A DNA stretch of 64,000 nt from a virus, in the IMG/VR virus record IMGVR_UViG_3300005721_000046; one strand, given 5' to 3'. Below the pieces are notes generated by a model. It saw only the letters and a program-made list of their open reading frames with translations. It searched no databases and was not told the DNA's origin. How positions within the stretch are numbered: position 1 is the first letter of the stretch; every line of letters starts with the position of its first letter. Made by a program: the position numbers and the translations under genes. Of the stretch, positions 18,506 through 28,609 are shown piece by piece.

Positions 18506-18615
18506 ATTACACTCCTGCCCGGTCTCTTCTTGGGCTGTTGAGGGGGTCGGTATCTTGACCCGTTGCTGTTTTTAGCTCCAACGGTCTCTTGTTGAAGCTA
18601 AGTTAAAAGGATTAT

Positions 18616-20199
18616 TTAGTCGGTGTCTTTTGTGACTTCGCCTTGGCGATTAGGCGCTGAAGCCGGTTTTGCGCTTGAAGGTATAGCCGCGCTGTCGGAA
18701 TTCGACTTGTCATCTAGCCAACGATTGATGTCGGCTTTCAGTTTTTGTTTTATATCTTCGCTAATTTGAGGAAAGATTTTTGAAACCAATGAACGCATTT
18801 GTTCGCGTCTGACTTCTTTCGGAGCGTCGATTTGACCTAATGTTTGAGCTAAAACGACGTCGTCGGCCATGCTTGCAATGTCAAAAGTGGTCGGATAGGT
18901 AACGAGTTTTTTATCGACGCTATTAATACCGCGCCAAGCGCAAGCGGTCGCAACGATCCAGTTTTCGACGTTTTCACAGCTCTGAGCTTTTGCCATCAAA
19001 AGCGAGTTTACTCGCTCGAAGTCATAAGCCTTGGCAACGCCGGAAGAGTTATCAATACCGACAGCATTGTCCTCTTTTGTGCGCTCACCAGCCAAGCCGA
19101 TCGAGTGATAAATTTCGTTGATGATTTTTTCAACAACCGTCAGAATAATGCTGGCTTGTTTGGGGTCGGGAGATAGAAAAAATGGTTGTGACGAAGAACC
19201 CGCGCCGCCATCATATACAAAAACGCGCTTCGTTCCCATATCCAGCGTCTTCTGATAGAGATCATCTCCCGGCAACATCGATTGACTTGGTATTGCAAGC
19301 TGCGAAAAAGTCTGGTCCTGAATGATTGCGTCGAGGTTCGACATGTAGTTTGCGGCAGCTCTATCAAGATAAGCCACGTCATCAATTAGACCGGATACGG
19401 TGTATTGATCCTCGGAGATTGTGTGGTCGGAAAACTTTACAGGTACGAAGCCGAGTTTGTTTTCTCCCTTGTCTTTTAAGACAACCTTACGTTTTTTTGT
19501 CGGCTGATTTGTTTTTGGATCTAAAACTTCCTCTTGAGTTTCAATTTCCTCAAACAACATCCATTCAGTGCGTGTCCACAAACGAACTCTTTCCTTGACT
19601 TCGTTTGACGAATTGAAAGGATCGGCGTCATCGCGTACGACCTCGCGTAATTTTACCCAGAGTAGTTCGCCGTCGCCGTCTTCATCCCAGGCATAATCAA
19701 GAATATCAGGCGCTTTAACAACGTATGCATAAATCTTTCCTTGGGAGTTTTTTTCGTCCTGAACAGTACGATTATCGCCTGTGACTGGCGTAAAATTGTT
19801 GTCAACCACAACAGCGACACGACCAAATATGCTGTTTCCAACTGATACCTGTCGCATAAATTGCGAGATATCAAGACCGCCAAGCGTCGTCTTTTCCCAG
19901 AGTTGCCTGATTACGTCATTCGCTTCGTCAAAATTGCGCTCGATCTGACCTTTGAAAAGATATTTTTGGACAAGCTCGACAACCTCCCTCGTATGATTAA
20001 AACGATAGGAGCGTTCAATGCGTTCTCTGTATTCTTTATCGCCCTCTTTCAAATATCGGAAAATGTTCGTGTCGAACCAATCTCGACCGCCTTTATACGT
20101 TGCCTCCAAAAAGGCCCAGTGCGCAATCATACTGGCGTAATGCGGATGTCGATTGTGATATATTGAAGATAGAGCTTCGTCACTATAAGAATTAAACAT
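18616..20199 (-). CDS. portal protein (T7 gp8-like head-tail connector family)
   Basis: 527 aa. Position between TerL and the scaffold gene. Confidence 0.75.
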   Translation of the reverse strand: MFNSYSDEALSSIYHNRHPHYASMIAHWAFLEATYKGGRDWFDTNIFRYLKEGDKEYRERIERSYRFNHTREVVELVQKYLFKGQIERNFDEANDVIRQLWEKTTLGGLDISQFMRQVSVGNSIFGRVAVVVDNNFTPVTGDNRTVQDEKNSQGKIYAYVVKAPDILDYAWDEDGDGELLWVKLREVVRDDADPFNSSNEVKERVRLWTRTEWMLFEEIETQEEVLDPKTNQPTKKRKVVLKDKGENKLGFVPVKFSDHTISEDQYTVSGLIDDVAYLDRAAANYMSNLDAIIQDQTFSQLAIPSQSMLPGDDLYQKTLDMGTKRVFVYDGGAGSSSQPFFLSPDPKQASIILTVVEKIINEIYHSIGLAGERTKEDNAVGIDNSSGVAKAYDFERVNSLLMAKAQSCENVENWIVATACAWRGINSVDKKLVTYPTTFDIASMADDVVLAQTLGQIDAPKEVRREQMRSLVSKIFPQISEDIKQKLKADINRWLDDKSNSDSAAIPSSAKPASAPNRQGEVTKDTD

Positions 20200-20304
20200 A
20201 AAAACCTGACGAAGATATGGGAAAATAACGACATGATGTCGTTTAAATGACCGCTATAAGGTCAAACGTGGAAAGTATACGTTATAATATAACGGTTTGC
20301 AAGC

Positions 20305-21639
20305 TTATAACGATATACCAATAATGTTTGATTGACGCATCGGATGTCTGAAATCGACATAATAACCAAGAGCATCGGCTGCGTGCTCAACACCTTTGGC
20401 TTTGTCGACTTCGCGAGATCCTTCTTTATAAGTTGTTTGTTCAAGCGAGTTGATGATACCGGAACAGTTGGCGTCAACACGCAGTCTTATTTCGCCGTTG
20501 GCGGTAAACAACAATCGATTGACCGAGTTTACGCGATCTTGCACGGCCGGATGTTTGCGCTTGAAATAAATGTTTTTAAAACCGGCTTCCCGCAAAATAT
20601 CAAGCGACGTTTCGCCACGATCATGATTACGGTTATTGCCTGCCGGGTCAGGATAGATGGAAATCTGGTTGAGATAACGATAATAGCGCCGTGATAGCTC
20701 ATCGGCGGTTTCTTGAACGTTACTTCCAAAAAGTATCGCCTCGTCAACGACCCAGATTTCACCATCTGGCTGTTCTTGCAAAACGATAGACGACATCGGG
20801 TCGATGTTAAAGTCCATGCCAATGTAAATTGGTAATTTGGGATTAAACGGATAATCACCAACGTGTTTTGTTCTATCAAACGCGTAATAGACGCGACCGC
20901 TCATATTGACGAAAGAGGCTTCAAACTCTTGAGCAAAGGATTTTGGATCCATGTCATGCCGACGGGCTTCGATTTCAGAGCGCGGCACAAAAGGAGAAGA
21001 GCTTGTGGGAAATTGCCAGGACTTCCATTCGTTCTCGATAATCTTTCCGCGACTATCTGTAATATGGTCCGGCCGCTGACCTAGCTGATAAAGATCGTAA
21101 AGCCAGTTAAAACTCTTTGGCGTACCAATGAAAATAGCCCGGCCGCGCGTTGTGGCGAGTGTCGGCTGTATAACCTCTTGCCATGTTTCTTCTTTCATGT
21201 CCTGCGCTTCGTCGAGCACAACCAGATTAAGACCTACACCACGTAAAGTATCCGGTTTATCAGCGCCTTTCAAAACAATACGTGAGCCATTGACAAACTC
21301 CATCGACATTCGAGTTTCGTTTGTCTTTTTAATCCATTGATAAGGAATAATACGTTTAAGACTATCCCACATCAGATCACGAGCCATTTGATATGTTGGT
21401 GCAATATACCAAATAAGCTGATCCGATTTTTCCGCTGAAGCCACTATAATTTCGGTCGATGAAAGCTTGGTTTTACCCCAACGTCTACCCGCCACAACAA
21501 CGCGAAAGCGATGTTTGTCCTGATAAACCTTTTTCTGTAACGAATGAAGTTTGCAGGAAAAGTTATTTAGTGTCGACGACGTCATTCTTTTCCTCAAATG
21601 ATTTAATTTCCGCAACAAGGTCGTCAGTGGTTGCGTCAA
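20305..21639 (-). CDS. terL: terminase large subunit
   Basis: Walker A 'VVAGRRWGKTKL', Walker B 'LVVLDEAQD', C-terminal nuclease region. Start may be the internal Met near 21585. Confidence 0.85.
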   Translation of the reverse strand: MTQPLTTLLRKLNHLRKRMTSSTLNNFSCKLHSLQKKVYQDKHRFRVVVAGRRWGKTKLSSTEIIVASAEKSDQLIWYIAPTYQMARDLMWDSLKRIIPYQWIKKTNETRMSMEFVNGSRIVLKGADKPDTLRGVGLNLVVLDEAQDMKEETWQEVIQPTLATTRGRAIFIGTPKSFNWLYDLYQLGQRPDHITDSRGKIIENEWKSWQFPTSSSPFVPRSEIEARRHDMDPKSFAQEFEASFVNMSGRVYYAFDRTKHVGDYPFNPKLPIYIGMDFNIDPMSSIVLQEQPDGEIWVVDEAILFGSNVQETADELSRRYYRYLNQISIYPDPAGNNRNHDRGETSLDILREAGFKNIYFKRKHPAVQDRVNSVNRLLFTANGEIRLRVDANCSGIINSLEQTTYKEGSREVDKAKGVEHAADALGYYVDFRHPMRQSNIIGISL

Positions 21640-22234
21640 GTGGTAAAGCGCCGATCTCCTTGTGATGCTTCAACAGGTCTTCGTCAGTAAGGTCTTCGAC
21701 TGTGAGCTTGGGTAATCTGTTTTCATCGACGTGTTCGTCGGCTTTAAGCACGCGTAATGTGGCTTCTACGTTATCAATAACGATACGATTATATCTATTT
21801 AACGCCTTTAAATCCGGGTCGATTGCTGAAGGAGGTCTGGACGCCTTCAGATTTTCTATAACCGTGTGTCGAGCGAGCAATAATGATTGCTTTAGAACAT
21901 TTACGGCCGTTAAACGAGTTTCTTCAATCCACTGTGCACGTTTATCCGAATAACGTTCGACGGCCGCAATGGCTGCTTTATGACCGGCGGTTGCAACTTC
22001 TGCCGCGCGAGATCCTTTTACAATTCCGGCTGATTTGAATCTTTTCGACAAAGCTTGTCGTGAAATTCCAAGATCGTTGGCAATTTCGACAAGTGAGCGC
22101 TCACCTTTTTCGTAAATATCACAGGCGTTTTGAAACTCGGCTTCGGTAAGACGTTTACCGGTGACGGTCAATGTTTCTTCGTCAAAATTTGCTTCATTTT
22201 CATCAGAATTGGGTGTCATTTGCGTATAATGCAC
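21563..22234 (-). CDS. terS: terminase small subunit with N-terminal HTH
   Basis: HTH 'LVEIANDLGISRQALSKRF'. Immediately upstream of terL and overlapping it. Confidence 0.7.
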   Translation of the reverse strand: MHYTQMTPNSDENEANFDEETLTVTGKRLTEAEFQNACDIYEKGERSLVEIANDLGISRQALSKRFKSAGIVKGSRAAEVATAGHKAAIAAVERYSDKRAQWIEETRLTAVNVLKQSLLLARHTVIENLKASRPPSAIDPDLKALNRYNRIVIDNVEATLRVLKADEHVDENRLPKLTVEDLTDEDLLKHHKEIGALPLDATTDDLVAEIKSFEEKNDVVDTK

Positions 22235-22277
22235 AAAAGCCGTGCATTTCCAGTTATTTAGCCGGAGTTTTTAACAA

Positions 22278-22370
22278 ATTTTCCCGTCCTACGCGCTGTA
22301 AATATATATATATATAATTTATTATCTAATATTAATTTCTTTACAGCGCGAAGAAGGGATAACTCTCCGG
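22278..22370 (-). promoter_or_regulatory. conserved ~90-bp element, copy 1: 11-bp inverted repeat CGCGCTGTAAA/TTTACAGCGCG (22292-22302 and 22340-22350) flanking an AT-rich (TA)n spacer, upstream of terS
   Basis: Seen directly. Near-identical second copy at 33795-33870. Confidence 0.6.
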
Positions 22371-22622
22371 TCATGGTTTAGGCCAAAAAAGTTTGTAAGA
22401 AAGATCGGTCGGAATGAGCAGAGAATAGCTTCCGGATTTTTTTCTAATCAGAACGTTGTATTTAATTAAATATCGGACGGAAATTCGTACCGCACCGTAA
22501 GAGCACTCATACGGTAATAGCTCGTGAAGTTCCCGGATATTTAAAAACTTTCCCTCACCGGCTTTTTTCAGAACAATACCCATGATGGTACGCTGCTTGT
22601 CTGTCATTCGCGGCATGTTCAT
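22371..22622 (-). CDS. small winged-helix DNA-binding protein
   Basis: 83 aa, MarR/PadR-like helix pattern. Overlaps the upstream GNAT gene by 4 nt. Confidence 0.5.
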   Translation of the reverse strand: MNMPRMTDKQRTIMGIVLKKAGEGKFLNIRELHELLPYECSYGAVRISVRYLIKYNVLIRKKSGSYSLLIPTDLSYKLFWPKP

Positions 22623-23527
22623 TGTTTTAGCCTCTCAGTCGGACTTTGACGATCAAATGCAGAAAGCGGCAAACGTGCCGGCACACTTCCTTTCGGATCC
22701 GGACATTTCCAAATTCCGTAAAGCGGTGAGGCTAAGCCGATCTGCTGAATGCCCTTGATGATTTCGCGTGCCGACATTGCTGCAACGCGACGCGCTGCAT
22801 TCGATCCGGCATTAGATGTGTTTTCCAAAGCCGAGTTGCGCATGTAGAACTGTCGACATTGTTCGATCACCAATTCGCGTTCAGTTTGAGGCTTACTATC
22901 AATCTCTGCCAATATCGCTTCGTGATCGGCCGGATTTGCCTCAAAGTTCATGCGAAAAAATTTCATGACCTTTTCGTAATTGTTCGCGTTCATCGGTTTA
23001 ACGAACCGGAAGCCCGCTTTTTGGCCGAAAGTATTATACTTCGACATCGAGGATTGAATTTCCATGAAGGTGTTACCCTCAATGCGCGACACCAAGTTCA
23101 TCATACGATAGCCTGCACCAATGCCGCGATACATCGTGTCGATCACGAAGCGAGAGATGACGCGGATATTAGCATTGATGAACTTGTATCGAGCGGTATT
23201 GGTAAAACGCGTGTCGTTTCCCGGCTTTAATTTCGGCATAACGATATGTCTCTCGCGCAGCATTCCTTTTGGCGAGCCCGTTACCAGGACACCAATCGTT
23301 TCGCCGTATAGACTTAATCGCCAAAAACGTGGGCCAACGGGTAATTTTTCAGCCTTGTAGTGAAGCTCGTGCAGGAGATTCCAGTCGTCTTTAGTGCCGC
23401 GCTCCACTATCATATCGTCTAAAAGCTTAAAAGAAGCTCGTGGAGCGTCGTTTCGTTCGAATAGAGTATCGAACATGCAGACGACGTCTGGAGCGCGTGT
23501 ATGACGCTCTGTGTTGATTTTATGCAT
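22619..23527 (-). CDS. GNAT-family N-acyltransferase with N- and C-terminal extensions
   Basis: GNAT motif A 'RVISRFVIDTMYRGIGAGYRMMNLV'. 302 aa. Confidence 0.55.
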   Translation of the reverse strand: MHKINTERHTRAPDVVCMFDTLFERNDAPRASFKLLDDMIVERGTKDDWNLLHELHYKAEKLPVGPRFWRLSLYGETIGVLVTGSPKGMLRERHIVMPKLKPGNDTRFTNTARYKFINANIRVISRFVIDTMYRGIGAGYRMMNLVSRIEGNTFMEIQSSMSKYNTFGQKAGFRFVKPMNANNYEKVMKFFRMNFEANPADHEAILAEIDSKPQTERELVIEQCRQFYMRNSALENTSNAGSNAARRVAAMSAREIIKGIQQIGLASPLYGIWKCPDPKGSVPARLPLSAFDRQSPTERLKQ

Positions 23528-23539
23528 ATTTCCTGAGTG

Positions 23540-24175
23540 CTAAATGCGTTTACAATCGACTTTTTCGCGAAAACGCTTCGTGATTGTTAAATTTGGCGCA
23601 AGTTCGTCGACAAGATCGGTATGGGTCGTCGCAACCATTAATGTTTTACCGAGACGTCTTGCAACTTTGGCTACATTGAAGGCGACGACACGGGCAGTAA
23701 CGCGATCTAAAACGGCGCCGAATTCGTCGGCAACCCATACATCAGCGCCAGACTCCATGACTTTTGCAAGTTTGAGTCGATAACGCTGACCATCAGAGAG
23801 CTCGGAAGGCTTGCGGATGTAGATCCAGGCGTCGGAAATGCCTGCCTTCGCAAGAAAATCGGTTGCTGTTACCGTGTCGTCACCAATCAATTCAATTACC
23901 GGCCTCTCCTCAAGCGTAATCGAATTGAGATCCGCGACCTTGAGACCTTCTTTGCGCATTTTGGCTACAAGGTCGCGTAGGAGAAGTGATTTACCGGATC
24001 CGGATTGACCGGTGATATAGACCACGTCTCCCTGGTTTATCGAAATCGAAAGGTTGTCATAAATAACAAATTCCTTTTCCGATAAACCTAGACCAAAGGC
24101 TTCGGCAACCTCTAGAACGCGAGGGGTTCGTTCGACTGAGCTGCGAAATCTTCGGTCAATTGTGTATGTTGTCAT
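23540..24175 (-). CDS. ABC-type ATPase (nucleotide-binding domain only)
   Basis: Walker A 'GQSGSGKS', ABC signature 'LSDGQRYRL', Walker B 'VWVADEFGAVLD', H-loop 'ATTH'. Start placed at Met 'MTTYTIDRR' (24175). The longest ORF extends to 24265. Confidence 0.65.
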   Translation of the reverse strand: MTTYTIDRRFRSSVERTPRVLEVAEAFGLGLSEKEFVIYDNLSISINQGDVVYITGQSGSGKSLLLRDLVAKMRKEGLKVADLNSITLEERPVIELIGDDTVTATDFLAKAGISDAWIYIRKPSELSDGQRYRLKLAKVMESGADVWVADEFGAVLDRVTARVVAFNVAKVARRLGKTLMVATTHTDLVDELAPNLTITKRFREKVDCKRI

Positions 24176-24186
24176 TGAATTCCCGC

Positions 24187-24576
24187 TTAACCGTTTTCGT
24201 TCATCGGGAAATAGATGTTTCCGTCCACATCGGTGTAAGGCGAGTAGATGAGAACGTCGTTGCATTCGAGACTTAAAGAGCTCAAAATCGCGCCGATAGT
24301 GCCAATTTCGGGCGAATTATATGTTTCTTTGCGAATAGCCATTTCGGTGAAGAAAAAGCCGTTTTCGACATTTCGGGCTACAATAACGACGTCGTCCATT
24401 TTACCTTCGGCAACCATGTTTCGAAGTTTATCGAGCGTTTCGATTAGATCGTTTCGCCGTTCCTCTTCTGTGACATCGATCACCGGTTTTTCGTAGTTGC
24501 TGCTATTGTTCGGAAATTTTACGACGTTATCGCTATTTGTCGTGGGAGAGTTATTATGATTATCGTTATTGTTCAT
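24187..24576 (-). CDS. hypothetical protein with Asn-rich N-terminus
   Basis: ORF tightly packed between the ParB-like gene and the ATPase gene. Confidence 0.4.
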   Translation of the reverse strand: MNNNDNHNNSPTTNSDNVVKFPNNSSNYEKPVIDVTEEERRNDLIETLDKLRNMVAEGKMDDVVIVARNVENGFFFTEMAIRKETYNSPEIGTIGAILSSLSLECNDVLIYSPYTDVDGNIYFPMNENG

Positions 24577-24578
24577 GT

Positions 24579-25271
24579 TTATTCTGCCATCACTTCCGAC
24601 GATAGAGAAGTGTCCAATATTTCGATTAAGGCATCTGGTCCTTTCTTGCCTGTCTTTGTTTCGACGCGTGACATGAGTGAGTGAATCTGACGTGACTGGG
24701 CAATTGTCACGCGTTTAAAACCGAGAGCATCAGCAACTGGCGCCATAATGTCATCGGTTGCTGCGACGTTTTCTCGGTTTTGCTCGGCTTGTTCTTCGAC
24801 CGCCGATCCTATGTCGTCGACAAAATTCAAATCGCTAATTTCGCCGAGATCTTCGATTGCAAAATTAAGTTCGTTTTCGTCAAAACCGGTATCGAAAAGA
24901 GTCAAATTGCTTTCTGTGCTGGCAAGACTTTCCTGAAGTCGTTTAAGTTCCGACGAAATCATATCCATGTCGTAAGCAACCGATGTTACGCGGTTGTCGG
25001 CAAGACGTAACGCATCTGCCTCAGCTTTGGTTAGATCGGAGCGAACAACAACCGGAACCTTTTTCAGTCCAAGTTTTAGGGCGGCCAATCGTCTACCATG
25101 ACCGATAATAATCGATCCGTCTTTCCAAACGACAATTGGCTGCGTCCATCCAAATTGCTTAATTGAATTGGCGAGCTTGGCTATTTGCTTTTCATCGTGA
25201 AGTTTGGCGTTATTCTCATACGGCTTTAGTTTTTCGATATCCCAAATCTCAGTTGGTAGGGGTTGCGACAA
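24579..25271 (-). CDS. ParB-like nuclease domain protein 1
   Basis: ParB N-terminal domain pattern 'IVVWKDGSIIIGHGRRLAALKLGLKKVPVVV'. Confidence 0.7.
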   Translation of the reverse strand: MSQPLPTEIWDIEKLKPYENNAKLHDEKQIAKLANSIKQFGWTQPIVVWKDGSIIIGHGRRLAALKLGLKKVPVVVRSDLTKAEADALRLADNRVTSVAYDMDMISSELKRLQESLASTESNLTLFDTGFDENELNFAIEDLGEISDLNFVDDIGSAVEEQAEQNRENVAATDDIMAPVADALGFKRVTIAQSRQIHSLMSRVETKTGKKGPDALIEILDTSLSSEVMAE

Positions 25272-25341
25272 TTTTTTTCTCTCCAGAATTGTATGCCGTC
25301 GCTAGTTACTTTTTTTAATTATAGCGATAAATGGCCGTCAT

Positions 25342-25998
25342 TTATTTCAGGTAAGGCATCAAAATTTGAACCAGGGCGTCACCGACGTTTGTCAGTTCGT
25401 CGGCTTCTGTGAAGCCGTATTCTTTTTGAGTGGTCGCGATAAGCGCGGTTATGCGTTCAGCGTCCGCGATAGGTACTTTAAATCGCATAATTGTGTGCGT
25501 TTTTGCAGGCTTTGCGACGGGCTCCAAATCTTCCGGTGTATCAAGTTCAGTTTCAACATCCTCCTCAAGTTCCAACATTTCTAACGCTATATTTGATGAA
25601 AAGATTTCGTTGATGTCAGATTCGCCATAAGGAAGAAAATCTTTGAGCTCGTTAGTGTCCAAAGACTTTAACAATTCGGCTAATTCAATAGCGTCGTCTG
25701 TGCCGTATCGTGCGTTGTCGGCCAAACTGATTTCTTTGGCGCGTTTGTCGTCGATACAACCAAGATTAAAAACAGGTAATTTATCCAAGCCTAGTTCGAT
25801 GGCCTGTTCCCATCGATGCTGTCCGCCGAGAATCTCGTATACGCCCTCTTCTATCTCTCGAACGATAATGGGTTTAAAAACACCATTACGTTTGAGTGAA
25901 GCGCGTATTTTGCGCTCGTTTTCGGGCGTTACTTTATTCGTATTCCATGAGTTTTTTCGGAGCTGGCTTGGCTTGAGTTCAAGAAACTGTGCTGCCAT
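25342..25998 (-). CDS. ParB-like nuclease domain protein 2
   Basis: 'IIVREIEEGVYEILGGQHRWEQAIELGLDKLPVF' ParB/Srx fold pattern. Acidic middle region like protein 1. Confidence 0.7.
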   Translation of the reverse strand: MAAQFLELKPSQLRKNSWNTNKVTPENERKIRASLKRNGVFKPIIVREIEEGVYEILGGQHRWEQAIELGLDKLPVFNLGCIDDKRAKEISLADNARYGTDDAIELAELLKSLDTNELKDFLPYGESDINEIFSSNIALEMLELEEDVETELDTPEDLEPVAKPAKTHTIMRFKVPIADAERITALIATTQKEYGFTEADELTNVGDALVQILMPYLK

Positions 25999-26090
25999 GT
26001 TGCTCTTTTTTTATAAATACCGTTATGTTATAACATAACCATATAATTTTAACCCGCATTTTGAAATAATTCAAGTAAAAAGGATATTTA

Positions 26091-27665
26091 ATGTCTCTTG
26101 TTCGTATAGCTAAGAACGCGATTTTAGCAAAATTGATTGAACCAGATCATAATATCGTTGTTTTCGTGAATAATCTTCTTTCCTATGACGTAAATGTCGG
26201 TGGAGCGTTCGGTTGGTCAGGAAAGTCATCTTTTTTTACCATGTATAACCGAACATTTCCGGCGGGCTTTGTCTATTTGGTTACGGAAGAGCTTAGTAAA
26301 GCTGGTCATGACGTCAGAATTATTCAAAGTGCGTTACCCAAACCTACAGGACCTGAAAATCCCATTGTCGATAGCTTTGGTAACGATGATCCGCGTTATG
26401 ATTATCAGATAAAAGCATTGCGACAGGTAGAAAAGTATGGCGCGGGTATTGTGCGTGTTGCAACCGGTGGCGGTAAGAGCAAGATCGCCAAATTGGTGAT
26501 GAAAAGATTTCCCGGCGTTACGCTTTTTCTGTCTACACGAGCAATTTTGCTTCGTCAGATGGATAAACAGCTCAAAGAAATCGGTATGAACACCGGAATG
26601 ATTGGCGACGGTGAAATGCATTTTGTTCCCGGCGTTAATCTTGGAATGGTGCAAACGCTCGTACAGGCTCTTGAGGAGCCAAACTTAAATAACGAAATTC
26701 TTGCAGTGATTGCCGCAGAACACAAAAAGAACAAGAAGGTTTTAACGCGTCAACAAGCCGAAAAGACTGCCAGATTAGTTTACGAGCGAAAAATTAAGCG
26801 GCGCGACGCGATAAGCAAGTTTCTTTCGATGGTTAATGTTGTCATTGGTGAAGAAGCCCATGAAGCAGGCGGCAATTCTTATTATAAAATTCTACAACAT
26901 TGTAAAAACGCGAGAATTCGCGTTGCATTAACTGCAACGCCATTCATGCGTTCTGACATGGAAGATAATATGCAGCTCATGGCCGCTTTCGGACCAATTT
27001 TGATCGACATTAGTGAGAAAATGTTGATTGATCGAGGCATTTTAGCAAAGCCTTTCTTCAAGTTTGTCGATAGTCAGCCTCATCCCAAGCTCTTTAAGAC
27101 ATCGCCATATGAACGAGCCTTGAAATATGGCTATACCGAGAACGAATTTTTGATAAATGACATGATCCGTGACGCAAAACACGCAAAATTACATGGTTTG
27201 CCGGTGTTGACGCTTGTGACGCGCAAGAAGTTTGGCGAGATTTTGCAAAAGGCTTACGAAAAAGCAGGAATTCGAGCTGTTTTTCTTAAAGGCGACGACG
27301 ATAGCGTCGAGCGGAGCGAAAAATTAAACGCTTTAGCAAGCGGAAAGATAGACGGTATTATCGGAACGACAATTTTGGATGTTGGTGTCGACGTTCCAGC
27401 GATTGGTCTTGTTCAATTAGCAGGTGGCGGTAAAGCCGAAGTAGCTCTTAGACAGCGTATAGGTCGCGGATTACGCGCGAAAAAAGGCGGACCGAATGTC
27501 GCTTTCATTGCTGATTATTCCTGCAACAAAAACACCTATCTGAGCGTTCATGCCGAGCAGCGATTTTCGATAATCAAAAACACACCCGGCTTTGCCGAAG
27601 GAATTTTGCCGAAGGGTAAGGATTTTGATTGGAATATTTTTGAAAAGTCGCTTGTTGATGCGTAA
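26091..27665 (+). CDS. superfamily-2 DNA helicase (DEAH-like)
   Basis: Motif I 'ATGGGKSK', motif II 'VIGEEAHEA', motif VI 'QRIGRGLR'. Confidence 0.8.
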   Translation: MSLVRIAKNAILAKLIEPDHNIVVFVNNLLSYDVNVGGAFGWSGKSSFFTMYNRTFPAGFVYLVTEELSKAGHDVRIIQSALPKPTGPENPIVDSFGNDDPRYDYQIKALRQVEKYGAGIVRVATGGGKSKIAKLVMKRFPGVTLFLSTRAILLRQMDKQLKEIGMNTGMIGDGEMHFVPGVNLGMVQTLVQALEEPNLNNEILAVIAAEHKKNKKVLTRQQAEKTARLVYERKIKRRDAISKFLSMVNVVIGEEAHEAGGNSYYKILQHCKNARIRVALTATPFMRSDMEDNMQLMAAFGPILIDISEKMLIDRGILAKPFFKFVDSQPHPKLFKTSPYERALKYGYTENEFLINDMIRDAKHAKLHGLPVLTLVTRKKFGEILQKAYEKAGIRAVFLKGDDDSVERSEKLNALASGKIDGIIGTTILDVGVDVPAIGLVQLAGGGKAEVALRQRIGRGLRAKKGGPNVAFIADYSCNKNTYLSVHAEQRFSIIKNTPGFAEGILPKGKDFDWNIFEKSLVDA

Positions 27666-27697
27666 GCATAGAAGGAAATAAGGAAATAGGCATATAA

Positions 27698-27737
27698 GCG
27701 AGTAAGGAAGTACGGATTTCTTTAGTTCCTTACTCGC
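27698..27737 (+). promoter_or_regulatory. 12-bp perfect inverted repeat GCGAGTAAGGAA/TTCCTTACTCGC with a 16-nt loop, directly after the helicase stop and next to GGAAATAAG repeats
   Basis: Seen directly. Possible terminator or operator. Confidence 0.45.
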
Positions 27738-27824
27738 CCCTCCCCTACCCGCGTCATTTCCGTGCATTTTCTCGCTATAAAATATTATCGACAGCAACGT
27801 TGATTAAGTGAATGCGAGGAAAAA

Positions 27825-28499
27825 ATGCAGGAAACGCCCAAAATTTTTGCTATTTGCGGTCAACCAAAGTCGGGTAAAACCACGCTTGCTCAGATGCTGA
27901 AAAACAGACTTGGCTATCAGATCATTGATGACGCTCGACCATTACGTTCAATCGCGACACAGCATTTTGGCTTATCGTTGGCCGATGTAATTACTCAGGC
28001 GGGTAAATCAAAGCAAGTCGAATTTATGGGACGTCAATGGACGGTAAGACAGATTTTGGGCGAGATCGGTAACGCGCTTGAGGATAAATTCGGTGCCGAT
28101 ATTATTCCTGAGCTTGCATATATGCAGATGTGCCGGATGATGGAGCAGAAATCAATCAAGCACTTTGTTGTACCTTCCGTAAGACGTGATCAGGGTGTCT
28201 ACTGGAAATCAAAAGGCGCGCTTGTTGTTGAGATTTGTAACCCGAACGTTCCGGAGAGTGCGTTTGAATTCGATCAATATAACAAATCGGTCATCGATAT
28301 TCGTTTAATTAATGATTTTGATCCGGAACGAATAGCGGATCCTAATCGAGAACGTCGTCGGCTTTATAATGAATTCGTTGGGCATGTTCAGAAGAAGTTT
28401 GTTAAGCAGATTCAGTCGGGTGTTTTCTGCGGCGGCGTCATTCAAAATACTCCAGAACATATGCCACAGACATTATCGTGTGACGAAAGCGTTCTGTAA
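27825..28499 (+). CDS. P-loop nucleotide kinase (dNMP kinase-like)
   Basis: Walker A 'ICGQPKSGKTT'. 224 aa. Confidence 0.55.
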   Translation: MQETPKIFAICGQPKSGKTTLAQMLKNRLGYQIIDDARPLRSIATQHFGLSLADVITQAGKSKQVEFMGRQWTVRQILGEIGNALEDKFGADIIPELAYMQMCRMMEQKSIKHFVVPSVRRDQGVYWKSKGALVVEICNPNVPESAFEFDQYNKSVIDIRLINDFDPERIADPNRERRRLYNEFVGHVQKKFVKQIQSGVFCGGVIQNTPEHMPQTLSCDESVL

Positions 28500-28609
28500 T
28501 AAGGAAATAAGCATATAGGCATCTACTTTTTTCTCTAAATAGGGAATTTCCTTGCGGTATTTGCTTATTTGGTTATGTTTAAGGCATAGATTCGTATTAG
28601 GGAATTACA

